From assembly GCA_013166835.1 (NCBI GenBank), contig JABLTI010000002.1, forward strand, positions 594 through 64,593: a stretch of 64,000 nt of DNA, in the 5' to 3' direction. Positions 10,901-20,074 of the stretch are shown here, piece after piece. A program made the position numbers and the translations under genes. Source of the DNA: Promethearchaeati archaeon. GTDB taxonomy: Archaea; Asgardarchaeota; Heimdallarchaeia; JABLTI01. The notes below the pieces were generated by a model. It was not told where the DNA came from, searched no databases, and saw only the letters and a list, made by a program, of their open reading frames with translations. The number at the start of each line of letters is the position of its first letter. Positions within the stretch are counted from its first letter, which is position 1.

Positions 10901-13900
10901 AGCCATATTTTTAGTTTGCAATTCAATCTCAATTGCTTTATCTATAGCTAATCTCCCGCTTTTTTGATGCCCTAATTCAACTAAAATGAAACCTGAAATT
11001 AGATAGATTTTAGCTGCTTCATGTGAACCTAAAATTTCATTAGCAATGTTGGCAGCATAATCGATCAATTCTATACCGTTTACCTCGTCTCCTTTCTCAA
11101 TGAATCTATGACTCATTGATAAACAGAGATTTTTTGCATGTTCATGGTTTTCAGATTTCCGATAATACTCAATTGCAGTTTGAATAAAGCTCTTGGAGAG
11201 CTCCAATTCATTTTTATCATATAATTCACCAGCAATATTAGCTATTATATTTCCTTGTTCTAACATTCGCTCATTATTCTCTTCCAAGATTGGAAGTATT
11301 TGCGTAAACGCATTATTCATGGAATTATACATTCCAGCAGCTCGCAAACTTTCGATTCGCATACCATTGATTTCTAAAGCAAATTCTAGACTTGTTGAAA
11401 CACTGTAGTTTGCAACTTCTTCCCATAATTGCTCACCTTCCATAATTTTACCATTAGCAATTACATCTTGAGCATTTCCAACTAATTTGTGAATTGCTTT
11501 TTTCTGTTCATCTATATTCCCAGTTTTTTGATGTACTGTAACAATTTGTCCGGTAACTATGGAAGCATTCTGGTAATCCTTCATATCAAATAAGAGATCA
11601 GCAATTTCCTCTAAAATTTTTGCAGCTTGTTCGAATTCATTAGCAACCATTAAAGTGTCTGAAGCAAGCAGAACTAGTTTTACTCCCTCAACAATTCTAT
11701 TTTGTTTCAAAAGCGAATTGCAGGATTTCATATATACTTCAGAAGCTTTTATTGGTTGACTGAGTCGAAGATAGATGCCTGTAGACAAGTCAGCAATATG
11801 CAATCCAAGTTCAGTTTCTTCTTCCAATATGAAACTTGTAGCATAATTGGAAAGTTCCTCAGCAACACTCGGTGATTTCACTTTCTCATCTTGTTGCTCA
11901 AGTAAATTGACAGCTTGTAGAAATAGGTTGTATGTTGTTTGATGATCTTTGATTGAAGCAAAAGCTCTTGCTTCGAATAGGTAGACATCAATTGTTGTTT
12001 CAATAAGCTGTGATTCTTGAGCAATAGTAGAAGCTATTTCAAAACAGCTTAATGCATATTCTCTATTTCCGTCAGGGTTATTAATTAGTGATTTAGCTCC
12101 AATTTCAGCAGTTTTCAAAATGGAATTTGCTAGTTTCTCAGGGAGATTTGCTTGTTGATATGATTTGTTTGATAACTGTATTTGCCTTAATGCATTTACC
12201 CAATTTTCACGGCGAATATTGACATCAGCTAAAGCTTGAAATGCATCACCTGATCTTTCTGAATCGTTTGTTTTGATGAAGATCTGTGCTCCTGTCTCGA
12301 TTAGTTCCTCACCAAAGATGTAATTACCTTTCTCAATGAATAATTTTCCTTGAGCAAGTGCTGCTTCTCCAGCTTCCGTCAGCATTCCAATTTGATTTAA
12401 TATTGTAATACCGTTTCTAATGAATTCGGAAGCCTCATCAAACATTTCTTTTTGATCTCTCAAAATTCCTCCTTGAACGATGATTAATCTTCCTAGTTTT
12501 GCTAGATAGTCCTTCTCACCCTCAAGATTGTTTCTCGCAAAATCATGGAATTCCCTAACAGCATATAAATCGCCTAAATCAAGGAAAACGGTAGTTGAAT
12601 CATGAAGAATTTGATCTTGTGTTTCCAGATTTACTAGTGAACTAAATTCCATAGCAGTAATAAACAAGTGTTTAGCATGAATAGTTTCATTATTACTGAG
12701 AGCTCGTTTCGCTTTATCTGCACAATAAAATGCTATCTGTATAACAGGTTCATTTGAACCCAAACTTAAGTAAGATCCAACCGCTTTTCTTAATAGTTCA
12801 ATTCCGTCTTCAATGAAATTATAATCTACGAGAATTTTTGCTCCAAAGGAAACTTTTTGTGCGAAAATATCTGGGTTATTTTCACCTGTAATTATTTTAG
12901 TTAATTGAACTAACAGATCCTTAGCCAAATCATTTTGATTATTATCGAATAAAAGCTGACTATGTTCTATTAATAGGTTGGTTGCATCAAGACTTTCGCC
13001 AAGTAATGCTAAAGTATTGATACCTGTTTCAATGAAACTTTTTCCTAAAGTAAAATTCTGATCAGAGATTATTAATTGCTTCCCTGTTGAAAGCAATTTA
13101 TTAACAATATTCTTGTTTTCTTCTGGATAGTTTTTCCCCAGCACCCTTGTTGCATAAGCCAAATATTCAAGAGCAAGTTCAGGAAAACCAGTGAAAATTG
13201 CATGATCAGTAAATTCAAGAACAATGGTTGTTTCTGATATTGGATCCTTTTGTTGCGCACACTGAGCAGCGCCATTGAAAAGTTGTTTTGCTAAATTCAC
13301 ATTCTTTTCATTTAGCTTGTTTTTTGCTGCAATCACTAAGGGTGTAATTGCTCCAAGTATTTCTTCCTCAGCTTTTGCGCTTTTATATAATTTCGATGCT
13401 TCAATCATACGGAAAATTGATGCTTCATATTGTTCTAACCCTAATAATGATTCTCCGAAAGCTTTGTGCGATTTTGCAGCTCCTACTACATCACCAGCTT
13501 TTATTAGGTTCTCAACAGCTTTTATTGAGAGATTTTCTGCTTCTTTTATCTGATTTGCTTTACTTAATGCCACAGAAATTTGACTTAAGTTAGTACCTAA
13601 TTGATCAAATGCTTGGACTCCCTCTAATATTTCTTGTCCACTTTCAGTGTATTTTGTAGCTATCTCAATTTTTTTATTTGCAATTAATTCAACCGCTTTA
13701 GCAAAAATCTCATCTACAATAGCGGTAAACTTCTCGAGTAGTTTTCCAAAGAGATATGCTTTAGTAGAATTCTTGTAATCTTCTAATGCAATTTCAATTC
13801 TTCCTCTCAAAAACATGTTTTGAGCTTTTACTTGATAAAATGCTCCTATGTATTCCAAATCTATCTTTTCTATTTGGTGAATGCTTGCAAAATAATTCAT

Positions 13901-14941
13901 ACCAGTTGCAAACATTCCTTTCATACCCAAAAGAGCATAAGCATTCTTAACAATTCCATCAGCTAGTTTTAATGCTGAATCTTTTTGACCAATTTCAACA
14001 AGTAATTGTAATGCTTTATTATAGACCTCGAGAGCTGCGTCATATTTTTTCTTCGCATAAATTAATTGTGCATACTCAGAAAGAATTAGCGCAATTTCAG
14101 CAATTGTCTCAGTTAGACCAATATCTCTGCCTTTTTCAATTCCAAGATCTAATAGTTCTCCACCTGGATCTGTTTCATTTAATTTTTCTTTTATGGCTTT
14201 CAATAATTTCTTTGAACCCTTCCCAACGAGAATTTCTTGTGCTTGTGTAATTACAATCTTTATTGCATCTGCTGCTTTCCCTAACAATCTCTCAGCTTTA
14301 CAGTATTCAATCAATCCATCAAAAATAAGAAGTCCTTCTTCCAAAAAACCTTCCTCTAAAAGAAGTGTAAAAGCTTCGATTTCACCCTGAACTTTCTCTT
14401 CTTTCTTATTAATTTCTAGTAATGTTTCAGATGCTTCTTTAAGGTAATTGTTTCCTAATTTCCTATCTTCATCTTTTTTACTTGCGAGAATTAATAAAGC
14501 AATTTTTTGCAGATACTTCCCCTTTTCTGTTTGTGCTTCTTCAACATCTTTCTGAATTGCTTTTGCAGTAATTACCTTTTTATCAACAAAATCAAGTAAT
14601 AAATTATATCTCTTCTTTTTTTCTGCTTCTTCAATTAACTGATTTAATGGTTTTATTGCTTTCAAAAGGACTATCTTTTTTTCTGCTTCAGAAGTAATAC
14701 TTTCAAAAATAAATATGATTTCTACTAATAATGATGGAATATCTTCTTTCTCTGCATTCTCAATAGCTTTTAGTAGGGGTTCTTTAGCACTTTCTGGTTT
14801 ACCAGAATCAATGAATTCATTTGCAGCTTTAAGAAAAGTCTCCGCTGCATTTTTCCATTTGCTTTTTTCTTCTAATGCTATTGCTTTTTCCAATAATTGG
14901 GACATAATAACTTGCCTCTTAAATTCTTTAAACACGTACAA
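7991..14941 (-). CDS. giant (about 2,300 aa) cytoplasmic helical-repeat (TPR/SNAP-like alpha-solenoid) protein with a winged-helix-like C-terminus
   Basis: Uninterrupted 6.95-kb ORF. There is no signal peptide or TM segment. Degenerate antiparallel-helix repeats rich in A/L/E/K run throughout (e.g. WKNAAETFLKAANEFIDSGKPESAKEPLLKAIENAEKE; ALEVYNKALQLLVEIGQKDSALKLADGIV). The annotated start at 14941 is TTG. The first ATG, at 14905 (MSQLLEK...), has GAGG 9 nt upstream and is the more likely start. Confidence 0.8.
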   Translation of the reverse strand: MYVFKEFKRQVIMSQLLEKAIALEEKSKWKNAAETFLKAANEFIDSGKPESAKEPLLKAIENAEKEDIPSLLVEIIFIFESITSEAEKKIVLLKAIKPLNQLIEEAEKKKRYNLLLDFVDKKVITAKAIQKDVEEAQTEKGKYLQKIALLILASKKDEDRKLGNNYLKEASETLLEINKKEEKVQGEIEAFTLLLEEGFLEEGLLIFDGLIEYCKAERLLGKAADAIKIVITQAQEILVGKGSKKLLKAIKEKLNETDPGGELLDLGIEKGRDIGLTETIAEIALILSEYAQLIYAKKKYDAALEVYNKALQLLVEIGQKDSALKLADGIVKNAYALLGMKGMFATGMNYFASIHQIEKIDLEYIGAFYQVKAQNMFLRGRIEIALEDYKNSTKAYLFGKLLEKFTAIVDEIFAKAVELIANKKIEIATKYTESGQEILEGVQAFDQLGTNLSQISVALSKANQIKEAENLSIKAVENLIKAGDVVGAAKSHKAFGESLLGLEQYEASIFRMIEASKLYKSAKAEEEILGAITPLVIAAKNKLNEKNVNLAKQLFNGAAQCAQQKDPISETTIVLEFTDHAIFTGFPELALEYLAYATRVLGKNYPEENKNIVNKLLSTGKQLIISDQNFTLGKSFIETGINTLALLGESLDATNLLIEHSQLLFDNNQNDLAKDLLVQLTKIITGENNPDIFAQKVSFGAKILVDYNFIEDGIELLRKAVGSYLSLGSNEPVIQIAFYCADKAKRALSNNETIHAKHLFITAMEFSSLVNLETQDQILHDSTTVFLDLGDLYAVREFHDFARNNLEGEKDYLAKLGRLIIVQGGILRDQKEMFDEASEFIRNGITILNQIGMLTEAGEAALAQGKLFIEKGNYIFGEELIETGAQIFIKTNDSERSGDAFQALADVNIRRENWVNALRQIQLSNKSYQQANLPEKLANSILKTAEIGAKSLINNPDGNREYALSCFEIASTIAQESQLIETTIDVYLFEARAFASIKDHQTTYNLFLQAVNLLEQQDEKVKSPSVAEELSNYATSFILEEETELGLHIADLSTGIYLRLSQPIKASEVYMKSCNSLLKQNRIVEGVKLVLLASDTLMVANEFEQAAKILEEIADLLFDMKDYQNASIVTGQIVTVHQKTGNIDEQKKAIHKLVGNAQDVIANGKIMEGEQLWEEVANYSVSTSLEFALEINGMRIESLRAAGMYNSMNNAFTQILPILEENNERMLEQGNIIANIAGELYDKNELELSKSFIQTAIEYYRKSENHEHAKNLCLSMSHRFIEKGDEVNGIELIDYAANIANEILGSHEAAKIYLISGFILVELGHQKSGRLAIDKAIEIELQTKNMAGCNELGDITLAKAVELAQSDLEKANDIYELAVTIFEKAGAYTKAGETSSTVIGNHLSVGKANEAVKNAQKAVELYLKDKNIERAVGTTKQILESARRFLEGNELTKAVHILEKGRLLVEKISRFDLLAIIVSIYLSAANQFLPNRKSSIGIFFLNRALDLANSSPDPEEIKRIIDLSLKLAIDIISKKNSIAGAKVLEIVGNHDISKRALLPYVSETYIVGIKITLDVEWNMIGKITRDAMQFFKATKQEEKINQLISILTKRANADIMLNKPQLGFYFLDFAIRLARDAESQQLLSLIGSESFEQLLILDQESDLDIRYKLLGYCYQMFQEVQNMDAIEKVGKEFLKLGSKDLIINMQSVRGYDALLTSRDIAVQTQNDSLMTTVVLALLDFAKQLSTNNARTTQTTLEDIIEGLEAFEVPHSNRAEVDYKVISDYIKSIISFGEKESKDDNNYALGKKIVELCMRVLTLSKNQTAIERELTDNQRDFQKLFRRANKDAAYRLKHTALLLIDLRNSDVANEVAETSFKTAQAQFEKKKYSDSISFLDSSLKLNEKLSMATELKNIGLFALSAGDRLVTETKIPESMTFYEIAVEAFDKANDDESSNRLINRIFQTREWDADVNIAYKCYKIASDSAVRVRNFQKAHEIANKCFNRGIAFIDQPRIPVHLSTKFIALAGKIFEDIGANKDAANAYDNAILKFLRLMKTRKNVETVVIELLTKTAVNRMAGCDMDSLETIFIRIMELAELKKSKFTKTIARTLKLVNSSKVGAAWDLIASLPFISHGRLRKIMSSTKNRIIYDLSQKGTFDRTLFSSTDRSLPLSDYLLESLIIARKIEGQPINKDVFISLNKIQAIRSYFYSEYQLWGRIDLEAITKEFSIQHNDSVSIVRREFLSSLYMGILDNDQKTFYSSDRLKAEISLILNRERKKAAIFDPMQVANEMRIPPDIIKEILREISCEEVVESAIGS

Positions 14942-15049
14942 TATTAAATATTTGGAAATATGAACTTGCTAAATATTCGCACTTAGACAATATGAATAGG
15001 AAAAAACAACTCATAAGTTTTTAGTAGTAGGTATGTTTGTAGAATTCTA

Positions 15050-17236
15050 CTAGAAAGTATCATCAGGGGGTGGTGGTAAGGGAATTAACATACCATTTTC
15101 TAGATATTTTATTAATACAATTAATGCTTCTTCTTTCGAAAGATTGATTTCAGGATTTTGATAGGCTACATCTATCAATTCTGTAACATAAAATACTTCA
15201 TCCTCTGTTTTTGTCAAAAATTCAGTGTAAGTTTTAGCTAATTTCTTTTCGTTTTGAGTAATTGCTGTTAACCTCATTCTTTTGACGTCTGGTTTCAATG
15301 GATAAAGATATTCGAGTCTCAAATGCTTTTCAAGCAAGTCTGTTGCACCAGTAAATGTAGAAATAAACCCTGTGAAATTCAAAAGATCTTTCTTATAATT
15401 AGCTTCGAATTCATTCATGAAGAATTTTATTCGTTTCTTTAATAGAGCTCCTAACTTTTCAGTAACTAATAAAGCTGTTTTAGAATGTTCTCCTTCGTAG
15501 ATTATAATCCAAAAACCTTCACGACCAATCTCACTGAAAACACCAATACGTTTTTCTGTTTCTCCGGACATTTCTTCAGTAAATGTACCAACTGCACTCA
15601 AGAATCCACTTGTTAAAGAAACATCAATATCCTTGCCAAAACCTTGACTGAATAAGGGAACACCAGATTGTGAATGAATAAGTATAACATGTCTGATTTT
15701 CAAAATATCATTGAAAAATTCTGCCCCTGCTTCAGGATCAGCTTCCAAATCTAATGGTAGAAAGTAATTAGCTTCTGGTTCGACCTCTGCAGGTTGTTCT
15801 TTATCTTCTTGCCATTCAATTTCTTTACTTTCACCCATGCCTGCAAGGGAGCTTTCCACTTTTGATTTTACTTTGTCAATTCCTTGTTGTGTTTGGGTTT
15901 GACCATCAGTTTGAGCAGCATAAGGTGGATATGGTTCATAAGGTGAACCAATAGAATACGGACTACCATGAGTTTGAGCATCAATTTGTGGTTTTCTAGT
16001 AGCTGATTCTTGCTTGCTTACGGGAGCAACATATTGACGACAACTATAGCAATACCAGCGTCTATACTGTTCTATGAATCGGACTTGTGATTGGCAATTG
16101 GGACAGAAATTATTTGTAACATCAGGTGAATGTGGGGCAGGTGGTTTTGTTCCAGCTGGTGCAACACTTTGATAGGGTAGTAATTCTGCATTTGGTTTTT
16201 CTCTTGTTTTATCTCTCATAAAACTAAATGCTACAATTCTTCTCTTATCAATTGAGAAAACCAAGTCATTTGAACTATTGCCATTTAAATCTCCAATGCG
16301 AAGATCGTTAATATTACTATAACCCTCATAGCTTTCCATGGTGTTTTTACGGAAGATATGAAATGAACCATTAGCAGTTCCAACAACTACTTCTAGTTGT
16401 CGATCATTATCAACATCACCCACAGCGCCACAAGTTATTGCTCCATCCAAATTATGAATAGACATTAATCTATTTCGTTTGAAGATGCTCAGTCTTCCAG
16501 AGTATTCTCCAATCATAACTTCTGAAATACCATCTCGGTCAATATCTCCACTAAAGCAAAAACTAGGTTCTGTTTCTACTCTGAATTCACCTATTAAATC
16601 AAATTTCTGTAATTGTGGCCTGAATTCAATTTCTTTGAACATACCATCTTTGGATCCCGCAATAAATCCTATTTGTCCATTTCCATTGAAATCTCCAGTT
16701 ATTACATTGTTTACTGGTTGCTGGTAAACTTTACCTAATGAGAATCCTCTGATTTTATCCCAGCGATGTTTTTTCCCGGGGATTCTCTCAACCATAACTA
16801 CTTCACCATTTGCACAACCAACAACTATCTCAGAAAGTTTATTTCCATTCATATCCCCAGGTGCTGCTCGAAGAACAGCAGAGGGCAGACGAATTCCATC
16901 CTTAATATCTTTACTAAAGAAAGGTTTGCCATTTCGAGAATTAATTCGAACAACACCTTTGATATCACCCGTTACTAACTCAAATCCTCTATCTAAACTT
17001 GTTTGAGCGACACACATTGTGTTGATTTTCTCATTAATTTTTACCCCATAGTTAGCCATATGCTTGGGGTGTATGATGCATACTTCTGTTCCTCCCTTTC
17101 CTAATCTAGCCGCCATTATTTCTGATATACCATCTATATTGAAATCATGAGTTAATAATGAATGGAAATTTTGTGTTACTTCCTCAAGAGTTTGTTGCAA
17201 TGATACAAACGACCAATTAGTTAATTTCTCTCTCAT
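15050..17236 (-). CDS. multidomain protein: 7-bladed FG-GAP-like beta-propeller, zinc ribbon, low-complexity linker, longin-like domain, winged-helix-like tail
   Basis: Seven spaced blade motifs: HDFNIDGISEI, GDIKG, GDMNGNKLSEIVVG, GDFNGNGQIGFIAG, GDIDRDGISEVMIG, GDVDNDRQLEVVVG, GDLNGNSSNDLV. Zinc ribbon CPNC-x16-CYSC. P/Q/Y/T-rich linker. A beta-beta-alpha-beta-beta-beta-alpha pattern (IRHVILIHSQSGVPLFSQGFG..DVSLTSGFLSAVGTFTEEM...FWIIIYEGEHSKTALLV...). No signal peptide or TM. Confidence 0.8.
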   Translation of the reverse strand: MREKLTNWSFVSLQQTLEEVTQNFHSLLTHDFNIDGISEIMAARLGKGGTEVCIIHPKHMANYGVKINEKINTMCVAQTSLDRGFELVTGDIKGVVRINSRNGKPFFSKDIKDGIRLPSAVLRAAPGDMNGNKLSEIVVGCANGEVVMVERIPGKKHRWDKIRGFSLGKVYQQPVNNVITGDFNGNGQIGFIAGSKDGMFKEIEFRPQLQKFDLIGEFRVETEPSFCFSGDIDRDGISEVMIGEYSGRLSIFKRNRLMSIHNLDGAITCGAVGDVDNDRQLEVVVGTANGSFHIFRKNTMESYEGYSNINDLRIGDLNGNSSNDLVFSIDKRRIVAFSFMRDKTREKPNAELLPYQSVAPAGTKPPAPHSPDVTNNFCPNCQSQVRFIEQYRRWYCYSCRQYVAPVSKQESATRKPQIDAQTHGSPYSIGSPYEPYPPYAAQTDGQTQTQQGIDKVKSKVESSLAGMGESKEIEWQEDKEQPAEVEPEANYFLPLDLEADPEAGAEFFNDILKIRHVILIHSQSGVPLFSQGFGKDIDVSLTSGFLSAVGTFTEEMSGETEKRIGVFSEIGREGFWIIIYEGEHSKTALLVTEKLGALLKKRIKFFMNEFEANYKKDLLNFTGFISTFTGATDLLEKHLRLEYLYPLKPDVKRMRLTAITQNEKKLAKTYTEFLTKTEDEVFYVTELIDVAYQNPEINLSKEEALIVLIKYLENGMLIPLPPPPDDTF

Positions 17237-17519
17237 ACCGAGAAGCTTAGCTCTATTTCATTATTTTCTTTTTAGTTAATCTATAAATTCCTTTTGTTTC
17301 AGTACCTTTTCTACTAAATATCCTTAGTCTATGTTGGTTCTTTTTTTTAGAAAAAATATTAATTTACTATTCAATTCATAAATAATTAGAAACTTAATAC
17401 TCAACAAGACAAATTGAAAGATTCAAAGGGAATTTATTCTCTAATATTAAGTTTTTAATCAGTAACTATTTTAAAAAACAACGAGAATCATTGATTAGAA
17501 ATACTAGGAGTATATTGTA

Positions 17520-18194
17520 GTGTCAGCATTAATGGATGAAAGTTTGAAATCGGTTGTCTCACAGCGATTTACTAATATGATAGAGCCTGTTACATTGAAG
17601 GTCTTTTCTAATAAGAATCATTGCTTATTCTGTAATGAAATGATTTCTTTAGTGAATTCTGTTGCAGAATTATCTGATAAGATCAAAGTTGAGATTTGTG
17701 ATTGTGAAGAAAATGATCTTAAAGCAAAGGAATATGGGATAGAAAGACATCCTGCAATATCGATTGATGGGGATAAGGACTATGGAATTAGATTCTATGG
17801 GGTTCCTGCAGGTAAAGAATTTACTACATTCATTGAATCAATTATGTTAGTTTCCGGCAGAAAACCAGTACTCACCTCGGAAGCAACAGAATTACTGTCT
17901 AAAGTGAACCACAAGGTAAATCTAAAAGTCTTTGTTACTTTAGAATGTCCCTACTGCCCAGCAATGGTTATTCGAGCTCACAAGTTAGCTTTAGCCAATG
18001 ATTACATAACAGCGGAAATGATTGAGTCCTCGCAATTTGCTCAGCTAGCTGCAGATTTCGATATCTTTGGTGTGCCAAATACTATAATTAACAACGGCTT
18101 AGGAAGTGTGGAGGGTTTGGTAACAGAGGAAGTTTTGCTTCAACAAATACTTGCTGCTTTGGAAAGAACCGGAGAAAAAAGCCCTTTCACATAA
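17520..18194 (+). CDS. protein disulfide oxidoreductase (glutaredoxin-like, two thioredoxin folds)
   Basis: 224 aa with two CxxC sites in two Trx-like halves (CLFC and CPYC), ending in GVPNTIIN. This is the architecture of Pyrococcus-type PDO. GTG start with AGGAG upstream. Confidence 0.8.
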   Translation: MSALMDESLKSVVSQRFTNMIEPVTLKVFSNKNHCLFCNEMISLVNSVAELSDKIKVEICDCEENDLKAKEYGIERHPAISIDGDKDYGIRFYGVPAGKEFTTFIESIMLVSGRKPVLTSEATELLSKVNHKVNLKVFVTLECPYCPAMVIRAHKLALANDYITAEMIESSQFAQLAADFDIFGVPNTIINNGLGSVEGLVTEEVLLQQILAALERTGEKSPFT

Positions 18195-18348
18195 ATCGAA
18201 TAATTGGTTGTAAAAAAAATTAATTTTACAACTACTCTTATCATTCCAAATCTTAGAAAATAAGCAATCTTTAATAAATTAGTTCACTTTTTTTTGCGAT
18301 ATCTTTTTCAAGAAGATGAAATTCAAACTATATTCGAGGTAAAAAAAA

Positions 18349-19536
18349 TTGGTTAGCCAAGAAATAAAACCTAACATTTTTTATGTTGGAGCAAAGGATT
18401 ATGATAGGCGACTCTTTGATGATTTGATACCTTTACCTGATGGAACAACCTATAATTCTTATCTTGTCATTGGTAGTAAGAAAACAGCTTTAATTGATGC
18501 TGTAGATGCAACAAAATTCTATGAACTAAAAGCGAATATTGCCAAAACTCCTGTCAAAACTATTGATTATCTTGTATCAAATCACTCTGAGCAGGATCAT
18601 TCAGAAAGCTTAGTTAAACTCACTAAAATGTATCCTGATGCTAAAGTTGTTACTAATCCAAAAGGTAAAGAACATCTTATGGTTCATTTACATATTCCAG
18701 AAGAAAAATTCATTGTTAAAAAGGATGGAGAGACTCTTTCTCTAGGTGACAAGACACTTCAATTTATTGAAGCTCCTTGGGTTCATTGGCCTGAAACCAT
18801 GTTCACCTTAGTTATAGAAGACAAGATTCTTTTTTCATGTGATCTTTTCGGAACCCATCTCGCACAATCAGAGACTTTTGTAACTGATGAAGCAAAAACC
18901 TATGAGTCTGCCAAAAGGTATTATGCTGAAATTATGATGCCTTTCAGGAAATTGATTGTTAAACATTGTAAGAAACTTGAAGATTATGATTTTGATATGA
19001 TTGCTCCAAGTCATGGTCCGATTCATAAAAATCCTAAGCATATTATTAATGCTTACAAGGATTGGATTTCTGATAATGTGAAAAATGAAGTAATACTCCC
19101 TTATGTTTCAATGCATCACTCCGTTCGAGAAATGGTGGAGTATTTAACTGAAGCTCTTATTGAACGTGGTATTGTTGTTAAACCATTCAATTTAACAGCT
19201 ACCGATTTAGGCGAATTAGCTATGGCTCTTGTCGATGCTGCAACAATAGTTGTCGGTGCACCAGCAGTTCTTACAGGTGCTCATCCAGTTGCAGCCTATG
19301 CTGTTTTCTTAACCAATGCTTTGCGACCAAAAGCTAAACATCTTACAATAATTGGTTCTTTTGGTTGGAAATGCCAGATGCTTGAACAACTTACAGGTAT
19401 GCTTACTCGTCTAAAAGCTGAAATACTTGAGCCAGTTATTGTTCGAGGAAAAGTAACTGATGAAGGTAAAAAGAAACTAGATGCACTAGCAGATACTATT
19501 CAGAAAAAACATAAAGAATTAGGCATTTTAAGCTAG
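18349..19536 (+). CDS. fprA: flavodiiron protein (FprA / A-type flavoprotein; O2 or NO reductase)
   Basis: Metallo-beta-lactamase-like N-domain with the FDP diiron motif H-x-E-x-D-H (NHSEQDHSE), plus a C-terminal flavodoxin-like domain. About 395 aa, as in the family. Confidence 0.85.
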   Translation: MVSQEIKPNIFYVGAKDYDRRLFDDLIPLPDGTTYNSYLVIGSKKTALIDAVDATKFYELKANIAKTPVKTIDYLVSNHSEQDHSESLVKLTKMYPDAKVVTNPKGKEHLMVHLHIPEEKFIVKKDGETLSLGDKTLQFIEAPWVHWPETMFTLVIEDKILFSCDLFGTHLAQSETFVTDEAKTYESAKRYYAEIMMPFRKLIVKHCKKLEDYDFDMIAPSHGPIHKNPKHIINAYKDWISDNVKNEVILPYVSMHHSVREMVEYLTEALIERGIVVKPFNLTATDLGELAMALVDAATIVVGAPAVLTGAHPVAAYAVFLTNALRPKAKHLTIIGSFGWKCQMLEQLTGMLTRLKAEILEPVIVRGKVTDEGKKKLDALADTIQKKHKELGILS

Positions 19537-19666
19537 AATTTCAAAATTTTCAGAGAATTCTAGTTCCATTTTTCTTTTTTCATCGCTTTATAGATTTTCC
19601 ACTTTATAATTTATAGAAAAATTATTAATAAGACTCTTATTTAAAATTCTTAATGGAGTTCTCGTT

Positions 19667-20059
19667 ATGGCTAAAAAGTTAGAGATTTATAAATGCGAGA
19701 TATGTGGCAATATAATTGAAGTTCTCCATGGTGGTCAAGGCCAACTTGTATGTTGTGGTCAACCAATGATTCTCCTTGAAGAGCAGACTGCTGATTGGAA
19801 AAATGAAAAACATGTTCCAGTAATCAAAGAGAAGAAAGACGACGAAGGCAATTTAAAAGGCATCAAAGTCGTTGTTGGTAGTACCCCTCACCCGATGGTA
19901 GATGATCACTATATTGAGTGGATCGAAGTTATCAAAGACGGCAAGGCTTATAGAAAGTTCTTGAAACCTGGGGATGATCCAAAAGCTAAATTCAAAATGA
20001 AAGCTGATGGAGTCATTGCTCGAGAATACTGTAATAAGCACGGCTTATGGAAAAACTAA
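19667..20059 (+). CDS. dfx: desulfoferrodoxin (2Fe superoxide reductase)
   Basis: N-terminal desulforedoxin site CEIC...CCG. The SOR centre II motifs [16 protein letters not shown] and CNKHGLW are all present. Confidence 0.9.
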   Translation: MAKKLEIYKCEICGNIIEVLHGGQGQLVCCGQPMILLEEQTADWKNEKHVPVIKEKKDDEGNLKGIKVVVGSTPHPMVDDHYIEWIEVIKDGKAYRKFLKPGDDPKAKFKMKADGVIAREYCNKHGLWKN

Positions 20060-20074
20060 ACGAGTGGATACGAT

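Noticed and set aside
15050-17236. Interpreting the FG-GAP repeat protein as an extracellular integrin-like adhesin.
   Set aside because: It has no signal peptide, TM helix or cell-surface anchor. It does carry intracellular-type modules (zinc ribbon, longin-like, wH-like).
18207-18232. Hairpin GTTGTAAAA/TTTTACAAC after the PDO gene, considered as a terminator.
   Set aside because: The stem is made almost entirely of A:T pairs and is not followed by a T-tract, so it is too weak to call.
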